A stretch of DNA of 63,997 bases, counting the filler, from Ionaspis alba (taxonomy: Eukaryota), in the NCBI GenBank assembly GCA_964255285.1. It is 6 parts of 6 records of this genome, joined end to end, with 100 filler letters (N's around TTAATTAATTAA, not from the genome) between each part and the next. Parts side by side here need not be neighbours in the genome. Positions count along the whole stretch, not along the records: positions 1 to 11,092 come from CAXUUL010000571.1; positions 11,193 to 22,264 come from CAXUUL010000572.1; 4 more parts are not named here. One strand, 5' to 3'. Every line of letters begins with the position of its first letter. The stretch's first letter is position 1. Below are positions 1-11,621 of the stretch, piece by piece. The notes beneath the pieces were generated by a model. The model was not told the DNA's origin. It searched no databases and saw only the letters and a list, made by a program, of their open reading frames with translations. The translations under genes were made by a program, and so were the position numbers.

Positions 1-3
1 AAA

Positions 4-816
4 GTGTTTCTATGTCAAGTTGAAATCCAGCTGATCTTTGCCCTGTGCTCACGCACCGCCTGGACCACGGCCAAAGAACACCTACTTCAGCTCAAGCAAA
101 TAGCTGCAGATCTTCCAGATGAACCAATCGACACTATTGGACCTTTTATGAACTATCTCGAAGGACTCATCTGCCAAGGGACAGGTGATATCGTCACCGC
201 TCTCTCCATTTACCAAAGCCCTCTGCTTGCTCTCCCAGGCTCAGGAGATGCCTCCCCTCCCAACCAGATCCGCCGAGACATCTCTATCCTCTCAGCTCTA
301 AACACGCTCTTCATCATCCGCTCTCCTACGCATCCCTCACATTCTCTCATGAACTCGCTGCTCTCCACCCTTGAGCCTCTAGCTCTCTCCAACCCATCGA
401 AAAACATCCACTCCGCATATCACCTCGTCCGTGCCACGTCACACCCGGACGACAGAACTGGAATCGTCAAAACAAAACAGTACTTGCAATCCGCATTACA
501 AGCAGCCAAGCACTGCGCCAATAACCAGCTTATGTGCATAACATTGAACTTCATGAGCTGGAAGTTTTTTCGTGGCGTCGTGGCCGAGCAGGCGGAGAAG
601 AGCGCGGTCGCAAGTCAAAGCCTGGCGAAGAAAGGCAGAGATAGTCTGTGGACCAGTGTCGCAGATGGGGTGTTGGCGGACACTCTAGATATGCAGGGTA
701 AGGGTGCTGAAGCGGAAGCTGTGAGGAAGGAGGGCAGAGAGATTGCCGGGCGATTACCGCTGGTCATGCAGAGGGAGGTTGAAGGGAGTGGAGAAGCAAG
801 GGATGGGGACGGTTGA
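4..816 (+). CDS. Cohesin loading factor (Mau2/Scc4/Ssl3 family), C-terminal part, 5'-truncated
   Basis: Helical TPR-like ORF ending ...LMCITLNFMSWKFFRGVVAEQAEKSA...LWTSVADGVLADTLDMQG, typical of fungal cohesin-loader C-termini; open from the window edge. Confidence 0.7.
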   Translation: MFLCQVEIQLIFALCSRTAWTTAKEHLLQLKQIAADLPDEPIDTIGPFMNYLEGLICQGTGDIVTALSIYQSPLLALPGSGDASPPNQIRRDISILSALNTLFIIRSPTHPSHSLMNSLLSTLEPLALSNPSKNIHSAYHLVRATSHPDDRTGIVKTKQYLQSALQAAKHCANNQLMCITLNFMSWKFFRGVVAEQAEKSAVASQSLAKKGRDSLWTSVADGVLADTLDMQGKGAEAEAVRKEGREIAGRLPLVMQREVEGSGEARDGDG

Positions 817-928
817 AAGGCATCTTTTGCGACGCAAAGGAAGATGACTGCTCGGCTTGGACAGGGCTTAGATAGCCTATGTGATAATATCTGTGCCTAT
901 ATTGAGTGAGGCGCTGGGATGGAGCTTC

Positions 929-963
929 GGGTCTTGGGTCTTGGGTCTTGGGTCTTGGGTCGT
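929..963 (+). repeat. Heptamer tandem repeat (GGGTCTT)4 plus one degenerate unit
   Basis: gggtctt x4 then gggtcgt, in the convergent 3' intergenic region. Confidence 0.9.
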
Positions 964-1359
964 GGGTACGGAGCTCGGTTTGGCTGGCATTTACAAAAGC
1001 ATCATACGCATATCGCACGTCGCTATTGGACTTGCTAGGTGGACTGGCTTGCTTCTCGGAGTATCCTGGTCTCGGAAATCTCATTACTTATTCTCGACAT
1101 TGTGGACCCTATAATAAATGACTCGTCCACCTGGAGTGCACACCACGTGTCTGAGCGGCTGACCCGGAAGGGCGTTCAAGCCTGACACGCCCATACTCCA
1201 TGGCTCACGCCCTTACGCCGATGGCATAACAACCCATATTGAATCCTACTGACCAGACGTAAAAGAAACAAAGAATTTGTAGCCCTCCCTCCCAATCATA
1301 GCCCTCAGATCTTACTCCCACTCCCATTCCCAGAGCTTTTCGCATCAAGTTTCCGAACA

Positions 1360-2091
1360 TCATCCCAATCCACCCCAAGCCCCTCTGATCCTCCGCGCAA
1401 GCTGAATATCCTTCTGCATAATTGTCACCCGCTTTGCGTGTATCGCACACAGGTTCGCATCCTCGAACAAATGGACCAGAAACGCCTCTGCACTTTCCTG
1501 CAGCGCCTGGATCGCTTGCGATTGCCAACGCATCGGTTCATTGCCAATATGTACGAAGCTGAGAGCAACTTCGCGGACCTGGTTTTGAGAGGGGTTAGCT
1601 TTGATGGCCTTACAGAATGAGAGCAAGAAAGGCGCATAGTGGGGAATAGATAGCAGGTGGAATCGAGAGGGAGGAACTCACGAGGCGGGAGAAGGGTAGC
1701 TTAAGAAGGAGGAGGTCGGTCGTTTTCTGGTACCGGCGAATCTCTCGCAATGCGAGCGTGCCTGGCCTGTAGCGGTGGGGTTTGCGTGGTCGCTGGACGG
1801 CATCGCCTGCTATAAAATGTAGTGCGTAAGTCAGTCATGGTGTTTTTGTCAACAGCGATGTCACTTTGCGCTGGAATCATTAGGGACTGCGCTCCCGATC
1901 TGGAATCGATGCGCGTCGCTGGGCTTCCTGTGCCTTCAATGTCGCAGGCACAACAATTGGCGAGGGAGAAACTCACGCTGTATATTCGTTGATCTCCGTT
2001 TGCCGGCTTTCGAGGGAGTGCCTTTGCTTGGTCTTCCTGCTGAGGGTCTACCGGCCCCACTGCGGCGGGGAGTAGCTTTCTTTGGCGGCAT
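1360..2091 (-). CDS. CSE4: Centromeric histone H3 variant CenH3 (3 exons: 2091-1977, 1809-1682, ~1578-1360)
   Basis: Spliced product [11 protein letters not shown]...[37 protein letters not shown]...[24 protein letters not shown]...[12 protein letters not shown]; divergent tail and histone fold; GTGAGT donors. Confidence 0.95.
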
Positions 2092-2206
2092 GGAATCCGA
2101 GAATTAAGAGCCGAGTGGGCTCAATTGTGGTTGCGCGCTTTGTCGCCCCGTTATTTCGAGCCCAAAGGAAGAGTACCGCGGGTTTCTTCTGGATATCGAG
2201 GAGCAA

Positions 2207-2223
2207 GACGCGCCAAGACGCGT
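2207..2223. promoter_or_regulatory. MCB-like cell-cycle boxes (ACGCGc and ACGCGT) upstream of CenH3
   Basis: agacgcgccaagacgcgttg about 120 bp upstream of the CenH3 ATG. Confidence 0.5.
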
Positions 2224-2629
2224 TGAGGTCCTATAACGCTTATGGGAATACTTGAAGCTGAAGATTTAGTTGTACAATAATTGTTGCTATGCAACAGAGA
2301 TTGCTTTGGTAGATTATAACAGGAGAAGAATTCGTGGAGGGGGATTGATGATTGTGGAGGCGGGAATGAGAGCTGCCCCAGCCTTCGAATTCTCGAAGGC
2401 AGATGGCTTGTTGATATTGACTAGGATCGTCCTCGCTTATGGCAACTAGCGCGAGGTTATGCAGCAGAGGCTCACGTGTCAGATAGGGCATCTGAAAGGC
2501 GCTGAGGTTAACTCATGCACATTACGATGGTGATAGCCAATACGTTTGATCTCTGCTGCTTTCTTGACATTGACGTGTATTGAGTATTGAGTTCTATCTA
2601 ATTGTTCCTTACGCTGCTGTCAAATTATG

Positions 2630-3802
2630 CTAGAGCTTCCAGACCTCCCACCCTGGGTGGTCGATCTGAGCCAACAGACCCCGAAGCTGCCCTTGCATTT
2701 CCTGACCATTCTTCCAGACCTTAGGGCCGGCAATGTGATCGACAAAGCCATCCGGCCCTGATACCAAAACGATCTTTCGACCGGCCATGCTCCGTTGGGA
2801 CTTCTCAGTTGTTGGAATATTTGCGAGGCATTTTCGCAACTGCTTCCTATCAATGAATCGTTTCTCATCATCCACAAAATAGTCGACGACCAGTCTGCCC
2901 TGATATCTCTCGCACAACTGGTGCAGCATCCTCACAATGGGCGAAGGAGCTGTCCCTGGCGAAGAACCGTGTGAAAGCTGCGTCAGCTCCGCACTCCAGA
3001 ACCCAGCCCAAGTGCCTAGCCAGGATTGGGAAGCGTCCGGAGTATCATTAAATCCACCTTCACAATCTTGCCTTCTCCTGTTCGCCCATAGGATGCGGAT
3101 TCTAGGTGGTATGCCGCCATTCTTTCTCTTTTTAAGCAAAGCGTGTGCTATTTGCAAGGCAGGAGCTATTCCAGTCCCGCCAGCAAGGAAAAGGACCTCC
3201 TCGATATCATCCTGGATCTGATATTCAATATGTGGACCGCGAAGATCAATATTTGCCCCCTTTGGCAGCTTGTGAAGATAACCTGATAATTCTCCTTTCG
3301 GGTCATGTCGTATCAGGAAACGCAATTCGCCCCTTGGAAGTGCCTCCTCCTTGCATTGTAGTGGTGGTAGTGGCGTATATGCTCTGGCAATCTGTAGTTG
3401 CGGCTGTTTCACCTGCACACTCCAGATGCCTTTTTCCCATATCTCATCATATCGTTGTTGTGTAGGTTCTGCAGGCGACAATGTGAAGATGCTGCTAGTT
3501 TCCGACACTTGTTCTTTAGATCTGAGGATGAAAGTTGAGAAGACCTTGCCATTTAAGGTCGGCGTGGAGTGGTCATCTTGAAGCAATGCATACGCAGTAG
3601 AAACTCCAAAGCCTAAGCCGAAAACCACTGCGTAATGTAACCAACGAGGACCTTTGAGTGAGATCTGACCAGATTGTCGGCTCAAGGAGCGCAGTCCTTG
3701 CGGACGGCACACTCCTGAACAGCACAACTGTGGCAAGAGAAGAGGCGCCCTTCTTGTAGACAATACTGCGCTGCCATATCTCCGGACTGGAAGATTGTGC
3801 AT
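2630..3802 (-). CDS. CYC2: Mitochondrial FAD/NAD(P)-binding oxidoreductase, cytochrome c maturation factor Cyc2-like
   Basis: QIARAYTPLPP, GELSGYLH, FLAGGTGIAPALQ and VSGPDGF motifs; N-terminal presequence plus TM segment; ATG 3802 preferred over TTG 3847. Confidence 0.85.
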   Translation of the reverse strand: MHNLPVRRYGSAVLSTRRAPLLLPQLCCSGVCRPQGLRSLSRQSGQISLKGPRWLHYAVVFGLGFGVSTAYALLQDDHSTPTLNGKVFSTFILRSKEQVSETSSIFTLSPAEPTQQRYDEIWEKGIWSVQVKQPQLQIARAYTPLPPLQCKEEALPRGELRFLIRHDPKGELSGYLHKLPKGANIDLRGPHIEYQIQDDIEEVLFLAGGTGIAPALQIAHALLKKRKNGGIPPRIRILWANRRRQDCEGGFNDTPDASQSWLGTWAGFWSAELTQLSHGSSPGTAPSPIVRMLHQLCERYQGRLVVDYFVDDEKRFIDRKQLRKCLANIPTTEKSQRSMAGRKIVLVSGPDGFVDHIAGPKVWKNGQEMQGQLRGLLAQIDHPGWEVWKL

Positions 3803-4059
3803 CTGCTGCAGGAACGTGGCAATGATTGACGGGACGATGAAGCGCAATACGCTTGTTCATTGACCTGGAGCTAGCCTCGATACGGAAATATCGCCAACTC
3901 CAACGTTCTTTCCCCTTCCGCCATACCTTTCCACAATGATTGCGCCGTAAGCAACATGTCTTTTCCAAAAGCGAAACCAAGGAGGTAGCATTGGATCGAC
4001 TATCACACAATGCTCATACTCTGAACACAGACCATACACTTCGAAAACAGGCGGCCAAC

Positions 4060-5907
4060 ATGCCACGAAATGGCTACTCCAAGCTCAGCGCCGTCTCCCC
4101 TCTCCCCCCACGCGACTCTCTCGAGCTGGCCTCTCTCGCCTCCTCCACGCCCACAGAGACCGGGTCCCCGTCATCCTCTCTTTCGGGCACATCTTCCTCG
4201 CGCAAACTCTCCCTTTCGAACGACGATCCCCTGGCGAACACCACGTCCTCCCGCCCCAGCCTCCCCCTTCGCGACCACTCCCGCTCCTACTCCATAACCT
4301 CCGCCTTCGATTTTGCCTCAAATCTCTTCCCACTTTCCACCACCGCAGCGGGCTATACGGCTCTCGGAACCCCGATCGCGAACCCTCTCGACCTAAATGG
4401 ACCCTCCCTCGAGAAACACAAATCCCTGACTTACCTAAATGGCCTATCTCTCATTGTTGGCCTCATCATCGGCTCGGGCATCTTCTCCTCGCCTAGTCAA
4501 GTTAACCTGAATGCGGGATCGCCAGGTGCGTCGCTGATAATATGGGCTATAGCTGGGGTCCTGGCCTGGACAGGCGCAGCGAGCTTTGCGGAACTTGGTG
4601 GAGCCATACCGTTGAATGGAGGGGCACAGATATACCTGTCGAAGATCTTTGGGGATCTTGCGGGTTTTCTGTTTACGTGGTGTGCTGTCTTCGTACTCAA
4701 ACCGGGCTCGGCGGCCATCATTGCTATCATTTTTGGCGAATACGTCGTCCGTGCTGCGGTAGGTGCGGACGCAGAGAACGTGAATGTCTGGATTAATAAG
4801 GGAGTCGCGCTTGCTGGGCTCATGGTGGTCACTCTGCTCAATTGCGTGTCGACGAGGTTGGGCACAAGGATGGGAGATATGTTTATGTTCTTGAAATTTG
4901 TCGCTCTTCTCGGTGTAACCATCATCGGTATCGTTGTTGCTGCGACGGGGTTCTCTTACAAGGGGAATATCACCACGGAGTGGAAGACGACCAACTGGTT
5001 TGAGGGAACGAGTCATGACCTTTCGAGTTGGGCTGTTGCTCTCTATGCTGGGTTGTGGGCTTTCGATGGTTGGGATAACACAAATTACGTCGTTGGCGAG
5101 TTCGTTCGTCCAGATCGGGATCTACCTCGCGTTATACATACCGCTATGCCTCTGGTTATCATCTGCTACCTCCTAGCAAATACGGCTTATATCTTCGTGC
5201 TCCCAGCCGAAGTCATCGACTCCACGAATACTGTAGCTGTGCACTTTGGCTCCGCTGTCTTTGGTCCTATAGGTGCTCTCTGCCTGGCTCTTATCGTTTC
5301 ACTGTCTTGTTTCGGCGCTTTGAATGCCACAACGTTCACCAGTGGACGCTTGGTTTATGCGTCGGGAAAGGAAGGCTTCCTACCGAGCGTCTTGGGACGC
5401 ATTGGGATGCCAGGAACTACACCAGGTGGCACATTTGGAACTAGTACACGAGAGAAGAGACGCAGTCTATGGGGCCGATGCAAGGCGTGGTTTGGCGACG
5501 AGGACGGCAGGGTTGGCTTCACGCCCATCAATGCAATGGTATTCAACGGCCTCTTGACCATGCTTTACGTCCTTGTCGGCGAGTTTGGTACTCTGGTCAC
5601 CTTCTACGGAGTCGCTGGATATACGTTCTACTTCCTGACAGTGCTAGGATTAATTGTGCTGCGGGTAAGGGAACCGTACTTGGAGCGCCCTTACCGGACT
5701 TGGATTACAACGCCGGTTATATTCTGTTGCGTCAGCCTGTTCCTGTTGACGAGAGCTGTGGTTGCAGAACCAATCCAGACGCTGATCGTGGTAGCCTTTG
5801 TTGGACTGGGTGTACCGGTGTATTGGTGGCGAGTTCGGGGAAGGGGAGGTAGGCGGAAAAGTGAGAGTGGTAATTGGAAATTTTGGAAGTGGTGGAGTAG
5901 GAGCTAA
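4060..5907 (+). CDS. APC-superfamily (LAT-type) amino acid permease, intronless
   Basis: GLIIGSGIFSSP, AELGGAIPLNGG and LWAFDGWDN motifs; about 12 hydrophobic segments. Confidence 0.93.
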   Translation: MPRNGYSKLSAVSPLPPRDSLELASLASSTPTETGSPSSSLSGTSSSRKLSLSNDDPLANTTSSRPSLPLRDHSRSYSITSAFDFASNLFPLSTTAAGYTALGTPIANPLDLNGPSLEKHKSLTYLNGLSLIVGLIIGSGIFSSPSQVNLNAGSPGASLIIWAIAGVLAWTGAASFAELGGAIPLNGGAQIYLSKIFGDLAGFLFTWCAVFVLKPGSAAIIAIIFGEYVVRAAVGADAENVNVWINKGVALAGLMVVTLLNCVSTRLGTRMGDMFMFLKFVALLGVTIIGIVVAATGFSYKGNITTEWKTTNWFEGTSHDLSSWAVALYAGLWAFDGWDNTNYVVGEFVRPDRDLPRVIHTAMPLVIICYLLANTAYIFVLPAEVIDSTNTVAVHFGSAVFGPIGALCLALIVSLSCFGALNATTFTSGRLVYASGKEGFLPSVLGRIGMPGTTPGGTFGTSTREKRRSLWGRCKAWFGDEDGRVGFTPINAMVFNGLLTMLYVLVGEFGTLVTFYGVAGYTFYFLTVLGLIVLRVREPYLERPYRTWITTPVIFCCVSLFLLTRAVVAEPIQTLIVVAFVGLGVPVYWWRVRGRGGRRKSESGNWKFWKWWSRS

Positions 5908-6097
5908 GACATGAGTAATGAGTTCTGGGTACGAAAATGCATTGGTGGTTCAGCGTTTGGCTACATCTCAGCGAGCGAGTTGAGTGTGTTTATATATATA
6001 CTGGCGGATTGCATGATACCCCGTTGAAATTTGAGTCTTCAATTATCACAAGATTTCATTTACTCAGCTAATACTTGCTGTAAATTGCGATTGCGTG

Positions 6098-7256
6098 CTA
6101 CCTTCCAAGCCATCCCTGACCCTCTCCTCGCCAACAGACGACTGCTCGTGCGTTTCTACTGCCGAGTATGCTATATCTGAAAGGTTCCTCGTCTCTACCT
6201 GGGAGGTCACAACTGATACGCCCTGCAGGAATACTGTCATCGATATCTCTAGCTTGGATGTCATCGTGCCAAATCTCAGCCCCAGCCCAGAAGCAATCCG
6301 TTTCGTCACGGACTAATTTCAGCACGCGCTCTGCTTGCGCAAAATCGGCCACTTCAAGAACCATAATTTTGGCATCGCTTGTTTGCGCTATTTTGATGAG
6401 CGAGCTATAGAAGATGTCACCGTCTTCTTCAGATCCTTCACCAACCGAACGTTGATGCTCGATACTCATACTCGATTGCTGGGGTACAAGGGCTAGCCTT
6501 GGCTCATAATTTCGCACAGATCTCGAGGTATCTTTATTGAAGCTGGATGACGAGATATACGGCGGGTTCGATATCAGAATATCCCACCCACCCTCGACTA
6601 CAGCCTGGTCATTCAGAACATCGCCGTATAAGAAGCGAACCTGCGCCTCCGCCTTTCGGTCAAGGAGCCCATGAGATAGATTCCAATATAGATTCTTCCG
6701 GGCTAGCATCAGAGCTTTTGTGGAGATGTCAACGCCTCTGATAGAAAGATCTGAGACGTGTGTGGAGAGAAGAGCTTGTAGTTGTAGCGAAATGCAGCCA
6801 GTACCGGAGCAGAGATCTAGAATCCGAAGACATAGAAGTGGACTCGCTTTAGTATGCTTGATCAAAGTCCAAGCAAGAAACGTAGTATATGTTTCCGTCT
6901 CTGGCCTGGAGCTGGACATCAGCAACTGTTCAAACAGTAGAGTGGTTTGCGGCGTACCGTGGAATCAACACGCCTGGCTTACACAAAATATCGAGATCAC
7001 CAAACGGTTGACTTCCCAGGATGTACTGTAAAGGCTTGCCCCTCGAGCGTTGGAGGCATGCTCGATATAGGCTTGGCGCTGTCTTTCGAGACACATGCTG
7101 AGGTCTCAAGGTTCTTGAAGTGGCAACGACATGTTCACGTAGCCAGCGGAGCTCATTCTGAGCCGAGGGTAGATCACGACATGAGCGGAGAAGAAGTGGA
7201 AGGAACGGGTCGAGATGGTAAGCTCGTCGGATGAGGGAAGTAGACAGACGTGGCAT
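6098..7256 (-). CDS. MTQ1: HemK/PrmC-family N5-glutamine methyltransferase, mitochondrial (2 exons)
   Basis: GKPLQYILGSQPFG, VLIPR/PETE across a GTACGC..CAG intron, LDLCSGTGCI, SNPPYI, EPRLAL. Confidence 0.88.
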
Positions 7257-7489
7257 TCATGCCAGCCGGCTGGAGGGAGAACAAAGTCCCAATTACGGTC
7301 GCCGAATGTTGAAGGTCTTTTTGGTCGCAAGAATTAAGCTTCGAGTCGCGAGACTAGGATTATTGTTGACTTTGGTGGCCTCCGGTATCAACGGCAACGG
7401 TGACGTTATGTACGTGACAGCCTTCGTGATGCTTCCTCACTTCGCAGCAGGCAAGCCATGTCACAACGATCAAGACGAGTCAAACAACG

Positions 7490-7928
7490 ATGCTACGACA
7501 AACTTCATCGTCTAGTCGCTTGACTCTTATCAGTGCGTGGTCGTCCAGAACAAGTTCCACACAAACCAAAGCTTTTTCCATCTATTCCAGCCTGCAGCGT
7601 GTCTCGGAGCCACTTCCAGACATCAAAGCTCCGGTAGTGGAACAGAATGCCGCAAAGGTAAGACATGATCCTAGTGGAAGCTAGGCGAGCAGGAGTCTAT
7701 AAGCTCATGGGCCATCAGAGCGAGCATCTAAACAGCGCATCATCTAGCACACCCAACTCGGCAGACCCGCAACCACGGAGGAAGACCGTGGCTGAGGAGG
7801 ACGAAGAGCTTCGGTTGAAGCTTGAGGGGATCTCAGGAGAGGGAGGAGAAGCGGGTCTTGAACTTGAGGGTGGAAAGGCCGTGGCTATGAAGAGGGGCGT
7901 GAGGGAGAACATGTTTAGGTTAATCTGA
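7490..7928 (+). CDS. Small uncharacterised protein with a mitochondrial-presequence-like N-terminus (exons 7490-7657, 7719-7928)
   Basis: Phase-0 GTAAGA..CAG intron joins two ORFs; R/S-rich N-terminus; C-terminus KLEGISGEGGEAGLELEGGKAVAMKRGVRENMFRLI. Confidence 0.7.
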
Positions 7929-8180
7929 AGTCAGACTGGATATATTTGTGGGCGGAAAATGTATGAAATATGCTCGTGACCCCAGAGACAGTAGCTCCCA
8001 CCCCTCTAGAAATAGCAGAGCTATTGCTTGCTGCCTGTGGCCTAATCAATGATCTTGTATTTGCAGTAGATGTAGCAAGGTGAACATTCATCCAGTTTCG
8101 GGTTTAGTAATATACTATTCCGACCTTTACCTAGAGATCCACGTTTTCGAACTTCAAACGAGTCCTTTTGAGCTTTCCTG

Positions 8181-9216
8181 ATGCTGCGTACTATTGCAGT
8201 CAGATGTAAACCACATCGGCCATGGTATCCTACCAAACGGCACATTGTGTTGCGTCCACTTACATCGCCACCAGCCAATGCTGTTCCCTCCATCCCTATG
8301 ATTGAAAGCTGCCCAGAACCTACCTGTGCCTGTATATCAACTCCCGAAGGACTAGAGATTGATAGAACATCATCATTGGCTGGTGTGATGTTTCAGTATG
8401 ATATCCATGTGGTCGTATCAACAGGAAAGTCGAGTTGGAAGTCACGCATTGAGAACGAGACGTGGCCGAACCTCGCCAGGTCCCTGAAATCCCAGATTGG
8501 TCCTGGTGGAAAATTGCTGAGTGTGTGTCTAATAATCTTGGGCTAGGCTCTCTTTTCTATAGAAAACCTGAACTAAATGGTGTATCTAGTCCACTCGAAC
8601 TGTCCTCGTCACAAATTCGGATCATCCGGTGAATTTGAACGAGAGAGGCAAGCCTACGGATACAACCTCAGTGCTTCTATTCCCATCATTTAAGCGTATC
8701 GCACAGATGAAGGATGAAGTAGGCTGCGTCGTGAAATTTGTCCTACAAAACCTTCTGCCTGTTTCTCAGGGAGGCTGTGACGATCGTCAAGACCCATTGC
8801 AAAGCGAGGAAGTGGACTACATCAATGTTTTCATCTGTGGTCATAACAAAAGAGACAAGCGCTGCGGTATTATGGGACCCCTTCTGAAGACCCAATTCTT
8901 GAGACTCCTACCTACAGCAGGCATCCGAGTCCTTAAGGGCGAGCAACCTCGACGAAAGGGACTTGACGAGTTGCCCGAGCTAGCAGCCAAGGTCAATCTA
9001 ATCAGCCACATTGGTGGACATAAGTTCGCTGGCAATGTCATTATCTATATCCCACCCGCAATCATGACGAACTCGCCACTCGCTGGAAAGGGCATCTGGT
9101 ACGGCCGTGTAGAGCCTAAGCACGTTCAAGGCATTATATATGAAACCATTCTTGGCGGTCGAATAATTCAAGAGCTCTTGCGAGGCGTAAAGCATCATGA
9201 TATTGAGGCTGCCTGA
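8181..9216 (+). CDS. Sucrase/ferredoxin-like (Aim32/Apd1 family) 2Fe-2S protein (2 exons)
   Basis: FICGHNKRDKRCG, ISHIGGHKFAGNVIIY and GIWYGRVEPKHV motifs. Confidence 0.88.
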
Positions 9217-9361
9217 TCATTGTTCTTAATACTAACGGTCAACACATCGCTTGGGCCAGCGGATATGACGGTGGCAATTGCGATAATAAAGGTGATGCAA
9301 AGACGTGGAGTTGTGAATTACACTTCAAGAATGCCTCCCCGTGGACATGGTACAAAATGTA

Positions 9362-9943
9362 TTAAAGAGTAGATACGGAGACAACAGTCGTTGCTCCTGG
9401 GAATTCATTCCACTCCTCGCTCTCGAGCAGCGCACTGGCGAACGCCTGGCCGAGCCTCTCAATATCATCAACGTCATACGTCTCTTGGTTCATCTCAATT
9501 CCCCTCATGGGCAACCATATCCCTTCGTTGTTAATGCGATAGGTAGCCTGCAAATCCCAAATACCCAGGCCTCGGTCCTGGTAGACGCCGAACTGATCTC
9601 AATTCAGCCGATAGTTGTCAAATCTGCTAGGGTGGGCACCTACCTTGACCACGTTCCCGCTGCGTATAACCACCCAGTTATTCCACTCATCCGAGTTCTG
9701 CTGACGATCGAATTCGAAGGTGTAATTGCCAAAGTCAAGAAATCTGTAAAGGACGGCACGATCGTATCTGTATAGCATCGTCGTGATGGCGTCAGCTGGG
9801 TGAAACATGGGCTGGGATAGCGCTGTTTGAAACACGGTCTGAGCATAGGCTGCCGGCTGCAGGATATGCGGATATCCAAACGGTTGGTTTGCAGGAAGGG
9901 CCGGTTCGGAATCGATGTAGCGTGTCTGGGCTGATGCCTCCAT
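9362..9943 (-). CDS. Hypothetical protein, 176 aa (exons 9943-9644, 9592-9362)
   Basis: 51-nt GTAGGT..GCTGAA..CAG phase-0 intron joins two ORFs in frame. Confidence 0.65.
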
Positions 9944-11028
9944 GATGTTATGACCTGTCCTATCTTGGTTCTTAGTTAATAGGTTCTAAGAGAATCTACC
10001 TCTCCAATAGATGTTTACTGTCAACCGAATACTAATGCTGGTGGATGGTTGGCACTGCCAAGCACACTCACAGTTAGAAACCCTTAGATGACACAAGAGC
10101 AGTTGTCTTCAGCACAGCAACAGATGGGGGAGGACAAGGATTCTCGGGGAGTTGATGGAAAAAGATTAAAGAGATGATGTTGATGCGGTGGATACCGTAG
10201 TAGCCAGCGCCTGTAAGGTTCGAAAGTTGTCTGCGGTCTGATGTTGTAGTGTAACGAAGGAAGAATCGTTCAGCAAACGTCAATAGTGGAATTACACTTG
10301 CAAAACCAGTCCACCAACTAGGGCCCTCTCACCACATGACTCAAGGGCGTTGCTGGTAACGTGAACGCGTAATATTTGAGGCTAGCCAAACAAAGCAGAA
10401 AGTAATATTGTACGGAAACAGGATAACCGTCAGCATGCAGCGATTATGACATGCCCCATGGGATCTAGGAGAGTCAACTTTCAACTTAACGCAAGACAGG
10501 CATCATGATCACACATTCCATCAAAGAGCAGTTTGTAATGAAGTGTGATGGGGACACATGGACGATGATCCTGAAAGCAACAGGAAAGACAGACTTGTCT
10601 TGGTCCAATGCAGCAATCGGCACAAGATCCATAGACAGACCAACAAAGAACACACATTCAAGAGGAAAGAACACGAGGTTCAAGAGCAAAATGAATGGAG
10701 CATTAGAGCAAGTACGAGAACACACAGAGAAGTCCCAAGGTCCTAAAATTCGAAGAACCTTCGTACACCGTGACAAAGAGCATCCTCGCCATAGAAGTTG
10801 ATTCCATCATAAGCAAGCTCTTGACAAGATGAATAGCGGCCACACGTCCTCAAGCATGTATCAGAGGTAAGCCCACCATAATTCGACTTCACGTTGGAAG
10901 TCTGTCAGTAGAGCTTTTGTCAACAACCTGCCTTAGACTCCCGCGTCTAAGACGAAGCGAACAAACGCCATAGCCGCGCTCCTGCATATCCCTCATGCAA
11001 TTATCTTTACCAGACTGGAGCATGCACA

Positions 11029-11065
11029 ATGGTCGTCTACTCTTTCTACATTTTCGACCGTCATG
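11029..11065 (+). CDS. BET5: TRAPP subunit Bet5/TRAPPC1, first exon only (rest lost at scaffold end)
   Basis: ATG exon encodes MVVYSFYIFDRH followed by a GTACGT donor; matches the sybindin-family Bet5 N-terminus. Confidence 0.75.
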
Positions 11066-11092
11066 GTACGTTTCTCTTCTTCCGTTGCCGCG

Positions 11093-11192
11093 NNNNNNNN
11101 NNNNNNNNNNNNNNNNNNNNNNNNNNNNNNNNNNNNTTAATTAATTAANNNNNNNNNNNNNNNNNNNNNNNNNNNNNNNNNNNNNNNNNNNN
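11093..11192. other. Artificial scaffold spacer N44-TTAATTAATTAA-N44
   Basis: Six-frame stop linker flanked by 44 N on each side. Confidence 0.98.
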
Positions 11193-11621
11193 TGCCACTT
11201 CTATTGGCGGGCTGGTCCTCGTACTTTTCAAAGCATTGCCAGGAGATTGGGCAAAAGCTGTTGTATCAAGAAACTTCAGACAAACGTTTGGTTCTACCCG
11301 AATTAATCAGACCAATCTTCTACCTCTCATCCGAATACGTCTGTCCTGGTAGTGAGATCCCTGTCTCCTTTGGCATGGACAATGCCAGTTGAGTTTGGGA
11401 ATCAATTGGTTGGCCCGATTAGGCACGGTGACCATTGCCCATCTCGTAAAATCCTTGCTAAAGTACATGATAAACACTTTTCGGGAGCTCAAGTCAATCA
11501 TAAAATGCGCCGTTGATTAAACATTGGCGGCATCATATTTCGTGGTGCAAGTGTCTAGATATCTTTCCAGCGACCTCCTCCACCTAAACTTTCATCAACC
11601 GCGGCCCGAAACCCTGAAATT

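Noticed and set aside
929..963. GGGTCTT array as telomere or CRISPR repeat
   Set aside because: Only 4-5 units, no spacers, not TTAGGG; a simple microsatellite
3940..4059. TTG-initiated extension of the permease
   Set aside because: Out-of-frame ATGs intervene and the region is the shared CYC2/permease promoter
10440..10870. A-rich stretch with short ORFs upstream of BET5
   Set aside because: No recognisable protein, RNA or repeat structure; could not build a consistent gene model
11137..11148. TTAATTAATTAA palindrome recurring every ~11.1 kb as a biological periodic element
   Set aside because: Always embedded in N44 flanks; it is a six-frame-stop assembly linker
11193..11375. Possible minus-strand gene start divergent from SDS22
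   Set aside because: ATG and splice-like signals exist but phases were not convincing, and it is cut by the scaffold edge
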